A DNA stretch of 32,000 nt from Acaryochloris marina S15. Its GTDB lineage: Bacteria; Cyanobacteriota; Cyanobacteriia; Thermosynechococcales; Thermosynechococcaceae. The first letter of the stretch is position 1. Each line of letters starts with the position of its first letter. The stretch covers positions 3,780,001 through 3,812,000 of the forward strand of contig NZ_CP064923.1 of the NCBI RefSeq assembly GCF_018336915.1. Reading direction: 5' to 3'. Below are positions 9,484-17,283 of the stretch, in pieces. The translations under genes were made by a program, and so were the position numbers. Under the pieces are notes generated by a model. That model saw only the letters and a list, made by a program, of their open reading frames with translations, searched no databases and was not told where the DNA came from.

Positions 9484-10671
9484 ATGATGGTCTCGAACAG
9501 TGTGCCCCCAGAATCCCGGTTTAAATGGCCCCGTGTAACTATGGTTGCGATCGCAGCTGCGATTGCCTTGGGTGGGGTTTCTGTTTGGATTCTGCGACCC
9601 TATGCCAGTAACAATGCTAAGTCCGGTGTTCCTTCTGCCCCTATAGAGGTGAAGACCGTCTCTGCCCTGGGCCGACTAGAACCCCAAGGTGAACTCGTCC
9701 AGCTCTCAGCACCGAGTAGTGCAGAAGGAAATCGAATTGCCCAACTTCTTGTTAAAGAAGGAGAGGCCGTTTCCACGGGACAAGTGATCGCCGTTCTCGA
9801 TAGTCGTGATCGCCTGCAAGCGGATTTGCTCACCGCTCAACAACAGGTACGGGTCGCGGAAGCCGAGTTAGCTAGGGTTAAAGCGGGTGCCAAGCAAGGC
9901 GAACTGGCGGCCCAGCGAGCAGAGATTGCTCGGTTAGATGCCCAACGACAAGGGGAAATGACCACCCAATCGGCAACAATTGCTCGCCACCGGGCCGAAG
10001 TGGACAATGCTTTAGCTGAATTCAACCGCTATCAATCCCTCTATCAGCAGGGAGCCATCTCTGCATCGGAACGAGATCAAAAGCAGTTGGTTCTGCAAAC
10101 CGCCCAACGGAGTCTGCAAGAAGCCCAAGCCGTGGCCAACCGTTTACAGGCGGTTCAATCTCCTGAGTTGGTATCCGCTCGGGCTCGCCTGAGTCAGATC
10201 GCCGAGGTTCGGCCTGTAGATGTGCAAGTGGCCCAGGCCAATATTAATCAAGCTCGGGCTAGCGTTAAGCAAGCCCAGGCCAGACTGGATCAGGCTTACG
10301 TGAAAGCGCCTCGTTCCGGGGTCGTTCTAGATATCTATGCCCATCCTGGTGAAGTCGTCGGGACAGACGGCATCGCAGAACTCGGTCAAACTCAGCAAAT
10401 GTATGCCGTAGCTGAGGTCTACCAGAGCGATGTCCATAAAATCAAAATGGGTCAGGCCGTTAAAGTCAATAGCGATGCTTTACCTCAATCCCTAACGGGG
10501 AAAGTGGATCGGATTAGTACCAAAGTCCGTCGGCAAAACATTATTAATACCGACCCCAGCGAAAATATTGATGCCCGGGTCGTGGAAGTCTATATCAAGC
10601 TCGATAACGGCTCCAGCCAGCAGGCCGCTCAGTTTACCAACTTGCAAGTGAACGTGAAGGTGCAGCTATGA
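9484..10671 (+). CDS. ABC exporter membrane fusion protein, DevB/HlyD family
   Basis: 395-aa ORF with an N-terminal TM anchor, then VSALGRLEPQGELVQL, a long Ala/Gln-rich coiled-coil, and a C-terminal beta-barrel region (YVKAPRSGVVLDI). The architecture is HlyD/DevB-like. It is followed by devC/devA-like genes. Confidence 0.85.
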   Translation: MMVSNSVPPESRFKWPRVTMVAIAAAIALGGVSVWILRPYASNNAKSGVPSAPIEVKTVSALGRLEPQGELVQLSAPSSAEGNRIAQLLVKEGEAVSTGQVIAVLDSRDRLQADLLTAQQQVRVAEAELARVKAGAKQGELAAQRAEIARLDAQRQGEMTTQSATIARHRAEVDNALAEFNRYQSLYQQGAISASERDQKQLVLQTAQRSLQEAQAVANRLQAVQSPELVSARARLSQIAEVRPVDVQVAQANINQARASVKQAQARLDQAYVKAPRSGVVLDIYAHPGEVVGTDGIAELGQTQQMYAVAEVYQSDVHKIKMGQAVKVNSDALPQSLTGKVDRISTKVRRQNIINTDPSENIDARVVEVYIKLDNGSSQQAAQFTNLQVNVKVQL

Positions 10672-11840
10672 AGGTCCTGGGACCATTCAAAAGACGGACC
10701 CCTTTAGGGTGGCTACAGCTCAGCCATGAAAAAGGCAGATTGTTTGTGGCCCTAGCAGGCATTGCCTTTGCAGATGTGCTGATGTTTATGCAGATGGGCT
10801 TTCAGGCCTCTTTGTTTGTCAGCAATACCCAACTACACCGCACCTTAAATGCAGATATTGTCCTCCTCAGTCCCCAAGCTCGAAATCTGCAGGCCCTTTC
10901 CACCTTTTCACGACGGCGTTTGTATCAAACTCAGGATATCCCAGGAGTAAAGGTTGCAGACCCCTTCTACATCAATACCCTGAACTGGAAGAATCCCCAG
11001 ACCAAGCGTGAGACTTTAGTGCAGGTGATTGGGTTCAACCCCGATCGATCTGCCATCAATCTACCGGGGTTGGCTCAGCAACTTCCCCGGGTCAAACAGC
11101 CAGATACATTTATCTTCGATCGAGGCTCCAGAGGAGATTATGCTGAGTCCTTTGCCCTGATCGATCAAGGCCAACCCGTGCAGACGGAAGCGCAACGTCG
11201 CACCATTACGATTGCAGGATTGTTTGAGATGGGGGCGTCCTTTGGGGCAGATGGGACTTTGATTACCAGCGATCAGAATTTTTTGCTGCAGTTTCCCCGG
11301 CGGCAGTCGGGCAGCATCAATTTGGGGCTGATCCAACTAGAACCGGATGCAAACCCGGAGCAAGTGGTGGCCGCCCTGAAAGGTCATCTCCCTGAAGATG
11401 TTCGGGTTTTAACCCTGGAAGAGTTTATTGCCTTTGAAACGGCCTATTGGCAAGTTCGCAGTCCGGTGGGTTTCATCTTTGGCTTAGGCACTGCGATGGC
11501 CTTTGTTGTTGGGGTGGTGATTGTCTACCAGGTGTTGTCCACGGATGTAAATGCCCATGTTCGCGAATATGCCACGTTTAAGGCCATGGGCTATAAGAAT
11601 CGCTATCTCTTAGGGGTGGTCTTCGAAGAAGCCATTATCTTGGCCGTCTTCGGATTTATCCCTGGGGCCATTCTTCCCTTAGGACTTTACAGTTTGGCCC
11701 GATCTGCTACGGCTTTGCCCCTGTTTATGACTACAGCCCGAGCAATTACGGTGTTCATTTTGACGGTGGTGATGTGTACCCTGTCAGGTGCGATCGCAAC
11801 TCGGAAACTCCAATCCGCTGACCCTGCCGATATGTTTTAG
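10668..11840 (+). CDS. ABC exporter permease, DevC family (FtsX-like)
   Basis: 390-aa ORF. Its ATG overlaps the devB-like TGA (ATGA at 10668-10671). It has an N-terminal TM helix, a large periplasmic domain and a C-terminal FtsX-type 3-TM bundle (FKAMGY...). This is typical DevC. Confidence 0.85.
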   Translation: MKVLGPFKRRTPLGWLQLSHEKGRLFVALAGIAFADVLMFMQMGFQASLFVSNTQLHRTLNADIVLLSPQARNLQALSTFSRRRLYQTQDIPGVKVADPFYINTLNWKNPQTKRETLVQVIGFNPDRSAINLPGLAQQLPRVKQPDTFIFDRGSRGDYAESFALIDQGQPVQTEAQRRTITIAGLFEMGASFGADGTLITSDQNFLLQFPRRQSGSINLGLIQLEPDANPEQVVAALKGHLPEDVRVLTLEEFIAFETAYWQVRSPVGFIFGLGTAMAFVVGVVIVYQVLSTDVNAHVREYATFKAMGYKNRYLLGVVFEEAIILAVFGFIPGAILPLGLYSLARSATALPLFMTTARAITVFILTVVMCTLSGAIATRKLQSADPADMF

Positions 11841-11861
11841 ACTTCCCCAGGAACCGTAGCC

Positions 11862-12569
11862 ATGAATGCTCCCGTTATCTCTATCCGCAATCTTGACCAC
11901 TATTTTGGTCACGGTCGCCTGCGCAAACAGGTCTTGTTTGATATCCACCTAGACATTGAGGCGGGGGAAATTGTCTTGATGACTGGACCCTCCGGCTCGG
12001 GGAAAACAACGTTACTCACCCTAGTGGGTGGGTTACGTGCGGCCCAAAATGGCAGCCTCAACATTCTGGGTCAGGAATTAACAGGTGCAAAAGAAAAGGA
12101 TCTAGTACAAGCCCGTCGCCACAATGGCTATATTTTTCAGGCCCATAATTTACATCGCAGTTTAACAGCCCTCCAAAACGTGAAAATGGGGCTAGAGGTG
12201 ACGGGGACTCGATCTCCCCAGGAGATGGTGGAGCAAGCGACCGCTATCCTGAATCAAGTTGGCTTGGGCGATCATATCCACTACTATCCCGATGATCTGT
12301 CTGGGGGGCAAAAGCAACGGGTTGCGATCGCACGCGCTCTAGTCAATCATCCCGCCATTGTATTGGCCGACGAACCGACGGCCGCATTAGATAGTAAGTC
12401 GGGTCGAGATGTGGTTACTCTCATGCAAACCCTCGCGAAAGAACAGGGCTGCACTATTCTGCTGGTCACCCACGATAACCGTATTCTCGATGTGGCGGAC
12501 AGAATTGTCCACATGGAAGATGGCCGCTTGGAAACTAACACGCTTACATCAGAAGCCAAAGCTGCCTAG
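11862..12569 (+). CDS. ABC transporter ATP-binding protein, DevA family
   Basis: 235-aa ORF with Walker A GPSGSGKTT, the ABC signature LSGGQKQRVAIARAL and Walker B IVLADEPT. Confidence 0.9.
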   Translation: MNAPVISIRNLDHYFGHGRLRKQVLFDIHLDIEAGEIVLMTGPSGSGKTTLLTLVGGLRAAQNGSLNILGQELTGAKEKDLVQARRHNGYIFQAHNLHRSLTALQNVKMGLEVTGTRSPQEMVEQATAILNQVGLGDHIHYYPDDLSGGQKQRVAIARALVNHPAIVLADEPTAALDSKSGRDVVTLMQTLAKEQGCTILLVTHDNRILDVADRIVHMEDGRLETNTLTSEAKAA

Positions 12570-12688
12570 TCTTTAAATAATGCGCTCAAGGGGACGAGAT
12601 TTCAGGCTCCTTGCTGTCAGACTAAGGTTTATGCCTTCCATAACGCGAACGTCAAGTTCATGACTAGCATCCGGTATTGATCAGAGAA

Positions 12689-12827
12689 AATTCCGTATTA
12701 TCCCTGTCGCCAAAGAAGATGGAAACAAACAAGGATGAAGGAAGTGTTGTCCTTTAACACTGTCCTGCCGATATTCTTTATTGGCACTAAACCGCTCTGA
12801 TGGACTTATGCGAACTCGTTGGTTTAG
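12689..12827 (+). promoter_or_regulatory. conserved upstream module, copy A (putative promoter plus 5' leader of PilX-like paralog A)
   Basis: Aligns with 14542-14681. AATTCCGTATTATCcCTGTCGCCA matches at 23 of 24 positions and contains a TATTAT -10-like hexamer at 12696-12701. An equal 30-nt spacer follows, then the perfect dyad AGTGTT-N7-AACACT (12743-12761) and direct TGTCCT repeats (12748-12753 and 12761-12766). There is no ORF in this copy. Confidence 0.5.
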
Positions 12828-12890
12828 ATATTTTGGTTGCTGTTGTCTTCCTCAAGTCGGCGTTCCTGTAGCTTTTGGAAATGAGGTGGA

Positions 12891-14435
12891 ATGAAGAACA
12901 GACAACATCCAGTACCTTTCCTGCATTCATGGCTTCAACATTTTCTAAAACCTACATCCTCGACAGTAAATTCACAATATTCTCGATCGTCTGAACTGGG
13001 ATTTGCCTTACCCCTTGCCTTGGGGTTGGGCTTTGTGATGGTTGTTTTGGGGTTGTCGACGATGATGATTGCCCAAAGCGATCGCATCTCTGCATTTAAC
13101 CGCAAACAAGCCGGGGCCAGTTTAGCCATTGCTGAAGGAGGAATGGCCCGTTCCTTAGCGCAATTAACCGCTCCTAATAACGCTGTATTGCTGAATCGTA
13201 ATTACGATACGATTAATCCCAAAACGGGAACAACCTACCTGGGGCCCGATGGTATTTTCAATAGTGGAGATGAAGAAGCGAGTGCCATTGATGAATGGAT
13301 GGGCTATGACCCGAGTAGTGCCCCTTGCCATCAACAAAAAGCGTGGGGTAGCCCCAACTTTGCCCTGACGGGAGCCATGGGAACAACAGGATCCTATACG
13401 GTCAGAGCATATCGGTTTAATCCTCAACAGCGAAAAGGTACCCTATTTGTTGAAGCAAGTAAGGATGGCAAAACCACCGGGATTCATATCACGATTGCTG
13501 TACAACCTGATCTAGATGATTTTCCTGGATTATTGCTACACGATCCGAATGCTGACGATTCTAGAGATGTTGGTGTTTTGGCATTGCGAGGCCGACAAAT
13601 TCTTGGCAGTAAAGGTAATATCTACTACTACCCCAACGGTTCAACAGATCCATCCTTAACTGCGAGTTCAGCACCGGGAGATGTGGACCGAGCCGCCTAC
13701 CTCAATGCAGTATTTTCTTCCGCAGGATCTGATGGAGCAACAGGGGATACTGTCTCAGGGACGCTGTTTGCGTGTTTGTTGACGCCTATCATTCCTAACG
13801 GAATACAGGGCAGCGATTTGGGAACTATCACGACCAGTCAAACGCTAAACGGGGTTGGCAATGCGCCGACCTTTTATCAGATTGAGCAAATCGATCTGAC
13901 GGGAACTGATGTGTTGACCGTTGACACCACCAACGGCCCAGTCGTGTTGAATTTTGTGGAAGATAGTGCTCCAGGACAATCCATTCGGCTAAGGAATTCA
14001 GCCAAAATCCTCAATATCCGCACGGATGGTCAACCCCCTCGTGTTGGCGATCTACGAATGCATTTGAGGGGTGGGGAGGATACGGTTTTGTTGTATGACC
14101 AAACTTGTATCCAAAGTGCATTTATTTGGTCTTTCTGGGATGAGGTTCAGTTACTGACGTCTGGTCCGGGTTGTCCGAGTGGTCAAAATACGAATATCGA
14201 AGGTGTCGTGTGGGCAGAAGGACTGTTTAGTGCGAAGAATGCACCTAGCAATCGAGATATCAATTTCCTTGACAGGGTAGGAGAACCCTTCGATACCGTT
14301 ATTATCCCTAGCACTACTTCTGGCATTGCAGTGCCTGAAGATGTTAGCAGTTTAATTGACATGCTGAAATATGTTGATTATCCTGTGCGCTATCGATTTG
14401 GTGGTGTTTTGCAATGGCAGCGGGTGAGGTTGTAA
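12891..14435 (+). CDS. large PilX_N-type pilus-associated protein, paralog A
   Basis: 514-aa ORF with a GAGGTGG RBS before the ATG. Residues 37-90 read GFALPLALGLGFVMVVLGLSTMMIAQSDRISAFNRKQAGASLAIAEGGMARSLAQL. This resembles the PilX N-terminal domain: a hydrophobic segment followed by an A..AEaG helix. Four conserved Cys residues are present. It sits in a minor-pilin gene context. Confidence 0.7.
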   Translation: MKNRQHPVPFLHSWLQHFLKPTSSTVNSQYSRSSELGFALPLALGLGFVMVVLGLSTMMIAQSDRISAFNRKQAGASLAIAEGGMARSLAQLTAPNNAVLLNRNYDTINPKTGTTYLGPDGIFNSGDEEASAIDEWMGYDPSSAPCHQQKAWGSPNFALTGAMGTTGSYTVRAYRFNPQQRKGTLFVEASKDGKTTGIHITIAVQPDLDDFPGLLLHDPNADDSRDVGVLALRGRQILGSKGNIYYYPNGSTDPSLTASSAPGDVDRAAYLNAVFSSAGSDGATGDTVSGTLFACLLTPIIPNGIQGSDLGTITTSQTLNGVGNAPTFYQIEQIDLTGTDVLTVDTTNGPVVLNFVEDSAPGQSIRLRNSAKILNIRTDGQPPRVGDLRMHLRGGEDTVLLYDQTCIQSAFIWSFWDEVQLLTSGPGCPSGQNTNIEGVVWAEGLFSAKNAPSNRDINFLDRVGEPFDTVIIPSTTSGIAVPEDVSSLIDMLKYVDYPVRYRFGGVLQWQRVRL

Positions 14436-14541
14436 GGCTCACCCCCAATCTAGGTGTGTAGCAAAACCCGAGACCTACCTAACAGCACTTCTCATCAGAA
14501 CTACGGAATTCCCTCAGCAGCAATATTTATTTCTGAGAGTG

Positions 14542-14681
14542 AATTCCGTATTATCTCTGTCGCCAGTCATAGGTCAGGAAAGCCAGGATATGAACAGTGT
14601 TGTCCTGTAACACTGTCCTGCCCATGTTCCCCATTGGCATTTAACCCTTTCTGATCTATTTATGCTCAACGGTTGGCGTAG
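14542..14681 (+). promoter_or_regulatory. conserved upstream module, copy B (putative promoter plus 5' leader of PilX-like paralog B)
   Basis: Same blocks as copy A: TATTAT at 14549-14554, dyad AGTGTT-N7-AACACT at 14596-14614, and TGTCCT at 14601-14606 and 14614-14619. The dyad ends 128 nt before the ATG, against 130 nt in copy A. Confidence 0.5.
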
Positions 14682-14741
14682 CTATTCAAATTACAGTTAC
14701 TTTTTCATCCCTTTTACCAATCTTGGGCAGCGGGTAAGATA

Positions 14742-16268
14742 ATGAGCAAAAAATTTTCTGCGTCTCTGTTTCGAATAGGGCGGCACAATTATCTGGATCC
14801 TAAATGCCTGGGGAGTTCTTCTGAGCAGGGGTTTGCTTTGCCCCTAGCCCTAGGCTTGGGTTTTGTGATGGTCATCTTGGGCATGTCGACAATCATGGTT
14901 GCCCAAAGCGATCGCACTTCCGCATTTAACCGCAAACAGGCCGGGGCCAGTTTAGCCATTGCAGAAGGAGGAATGGCCCGGTCCTTAGCTCAACTAGCAG
15001 CCCCCAATAATGCCGTACTGCTGAATCGCAATTTCGATACGATTAATCCCAAAACGGGAAAAACTTATCTTGGCCCCGACGGCATGTTTAATAATGGGGA
15101 TGAAGAAGCCAGTGCTATTGATGAATGGGCAACCTACGACCCGAGTAATCAACCCTGTCACCAGCAAAAAAATTGGGGTAGTCCCACCTTTGCCAAAACA
15201 GGGGCAATGGGAAAAACAGGTACCTACACCGTTAAAGCCTACCGGTTTAATCCCCAGAAACAGAAAGGAACTCTATTTGTCGAAGCCAGCAAAGATGGAA
15301 AAACAACTGGGGTTCAAATCTCAATTGCAGTTAAATCAGATGTACAAGACTTTCCCGGTATTGTCTTAGCTGAGCCCAGGGGAAATCCTAAATCTACATC
15401 TTTAGCAGGGGTATTAGCTTTAAGAGGTCGAGACATTCAAGGCAGTAATGGGAATGTCTATTTCCGCCCTTCTACTTCGGCAGATCCTTCATTAACTGAG
15501 AGCGCAGGCCCCGGAGATCTTAACCGCAGCAATTATCTAAATGCAATTTGGTCTTCCACCCTTGATGGAGTCAGTGAAGATACCGTCCAAGGGAAGATTT
15601 TTGCCTGCATGTTGACGCCGAATATCCCTATCGGAGAAATGGGAACAGATCTAGGGACAATCGATGACAGCACAACCCTGGCAGGTGTTGCTGGTAAAAG
15701 TCGAACTTACTTTACTGTCGATCGAATCGATCTCAGCGGGGATGAAACATTAACGGTAGATACAACTCATGGGCCTGTGCAACTTGAATTCGCCAATGAT
15801 GGTGTGTACAAGTACGGAATCACCCTTCGAGACACAGCAAAAATTCTGAATGTGCGTACAGATGGGCAACCTCCTCGTGTCGGTGATTTACGAATAATTG
15901 CCAGGGGAAATGACCGAATTAACCTCCATGACCAAACCTGTATTCAAAATGCCTTTTTGTGGTTTCCCTATGACGAATTAAGGTTGCTGACCGACGGCCC
16001 AGGATGTCCAGGAGGTCAGAATACCAATATAGAAGGGGTCCTATGGATAGAAGCTATTCTGAGTTCAAAAAATGAGGCAATCCATCGTGATGTCGAATAT
16101 TTTGATCATAGTGGCCAAGATTACGACACAACTACAAAATCAGGGGAAAAATCGGGAATTGTAGTTCCTGAAGATGTGACAAGCCTGATGGATTTGCTGA
16201 AATATATTGACTGGCCTGCCCGTTATAGATTTGGTGGTGTTTTGCAGTGGCAACGGGTGAGGTTGTGA
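14742..16268 (+). CDS. large PilX_N-type pilus-associated protein, paralog B
   Basis: 508-aa ORF, collinear with paralog A. It shares the GFALPLALGLGFVM...AQSDR...AIAEGGMARSLAQL N-terminus, the same four Cys positions and an identical C-terminus RYRFGGVLQWQRVRL. Confidence 0.7.
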   Translation: MSKKFSASLFRIGRHNYLDPKCLGSSSEQGFALPLALGLGFVMVILGMSTIMVAQSDRTSAFNRKQAGASLAIAEGGMARSLAQLAAPNNAVLLNRNFDTINPKTGKTYLGPDGMFNNGDEEASAIDEWATYDPSNQPCHQQKNWGSPTFAKTGAMGKTGTYTVKAYRFNPQKQKGTLFVEASKDGKTTGVQISIAVKSDVQDFPGIVLAEPRGNPKSTSLAGVLALRGRDIQGSNGNVYFRPSTSADPSLTESAGPGDLNRSNYLNAIWSSTLDGVSEDTVQGKIFACMLTPNIPIGEMGTDLGTIDDSTTLAGVAGKSRTYFTVDRIDLSGDETLTVDTTHGPVQLEFANDGVYKYGITLRDTAKILNVRTDGQPPRVGDLRIIARGNDRINLHDQTCIQNAFLWFPYDELRLLTDGPGCPGGQNTNIEGVLWIEAILSSKNEAIHRDVEYFDHSGQDYDTTTKSGEKSGIVVPEDVTSLMDLLKYIDWPARYRFGGVLQWQRVRL

Positions 16269-16364
16269 CGAAAATACGTTAGCGTTTTTTATTGAGTTCA
16301 ATCTCTGGCATTGCTTGCGGGTTAAGGAGAGGTGTACTCAATGGGTTAGCTCCTTACTTCCAAA

Positions 16365-16383
16365 GGAGAAATCTGGTTTCTCC
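16365..16383 (+). terminator. hairpin GGAGAAA-tctgg-TTTCTCC between paralog B and the pilin genes (weak terminator or attenuator candidate)
   Basis: A 7-bp perfect stem with a 5-nt loop, read directly. The downstream tract TGTTTCATTATT is only moderately U-rich. Confidence 0.3.
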
Positions 16384-16410
16384 TGTTTCATTATTCTGCT
16401 GTGATTTACC

Positions 16411-17283
16411 ATGTTCCGATTCAATCGACCCATTAAATCTAGACCCTTTCCTTCAGAAGCAGGGTTTACCCTGGCGGAGAAGATGGTGATTGTTGCTATT
16501 GTCGGTATTGCTGCCGCGGCCTCAGCCCCAAGCATTATGGCCACCATGAATCGGGCCAAGGTTAAACAAACCATGGCTGCGGTTCGCACTGCCCTGAATG
16601 AAACCCAACGAGAAGCCATTAAAGGCAACAAGGTTTGCACCCTAACCCTCAATTTTGTGGAAGGGAAAATTACAGGACCTTGCCTCAAAACAGGCGATCG
16701 CACTCTGGAGGCCGATGTTGCCATTGCCACAAATCTAACTGACCCGAGTTCCAGCTCTGCAACTGATGAGGGACAACCCATTCTGATTGGCTCAGATGTG
16801 CAACCCTCTCTAGGGCTGAGTGATGGCGAAACTGTTTCCCAGATTGCTATGGTTCCGCTTCCTGAAGATAGAGCCAACGCGCCTAAAGCAGGTATGGTGG
16901 TCCAGGTGATCGCTAAATGTAAAGGTAATACCGAGAAAGGATTAGGTTTAGGAACCTGCAAAGACAAAAATAAAGACAAAGATGACGATGATGATGATGG
17001 AAATGATTCGCCCCCAAGTCAAGGGATATCAACCAGCATTCCTATCAAATATGGGGTATTAGGTAATCCTGAATTTGCAATTGTTAGTTCTCAACAAACG
17101 CCAACCGACCCTAGCGGCAAAATTATCTTTTACAACCCCAGTGATACCAAGGCCACTAAACGCTGTATTGCCATTTCCAACACCCTAGGTCTAACTCGTA
17201 TTGGTACCTATAAAGGAGATATCAGACCTACTTCGATTACCGATTCAGGTCGTTGCTCTGCCGAGAATTGGGAGGAGCAATGA
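16411..17283 (+). CDS. prepilin-type minor pilin (GspH/FimT-like, tentative subtype) with acidic linker
   Basis: 290-aa ORF. The class III signal is MFRFNRPIKSRPFPSEAG|FTLAEKMVIVAIVGIAAAA, with Gly-1, Phe+1 and Glu+5. A following helix reads KVKQTMAAVRTALNETQREAI. There is an internal KDKNKDKDDDDDDGND run. Confidence 0.8.
   Translation: MFRFNRPIKSRPFPSEAGFTLAEKMVIVAIVGIAAAASAPSIMATMNRAKVKQTMAAVRTALNETQREAIKGNKVCTLTLNFVEGKITGPCLKTGDRTLEADVAIATNLTDPSSSSATDEGQPILIGSDVQPSLGLSDGETVSQIAMVPLPEDRANAPKAGMVVQVIAKCKGNTEKGLGLGTCKDKNKDKDDDDDDGNDSPPSQGISTSIPIKYGVLGNPEFAIVSSQQTPTDPSGKIIFYNPSDTKATKRCIAISNTLGLTRIGTYKGDIRPTSITDSGRCSAENWEEQ

Noticed and set aside
12689-12827. Assigning the duplicated leader to a known riboswitch class (c-di-GMP-I/II, given the pilus context, or other cyanobacterial RNA motifs)
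   Set aside because: I could not find the characteristic conserved cores of those classes as I remember them. Naming a class without a covariance-model search would be guesswork.
14422-14444. Hairpin GGGTGAG-N9-CTCACCC spanning the stop codon of paralog A as a terminator
   Set aside because: It has no downstream T-tract and is not conserved after paralog B. It is more likely incidental.
14454-14654. 66-aa ORF overlapping leader copy B
   Set aside because: The homologous upstream copy A (12689-12827) contains no corresponding ORF, and the conserved blocks do not keep a reading frame. The conservation is therefore non-coding.
16338-16979. 213-aa minus-strand ORF
   Set aside because: It is fully antisense to the prepilin gene, which has a clear class III signal peptide. 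The product is low-complexity and lacks start context.
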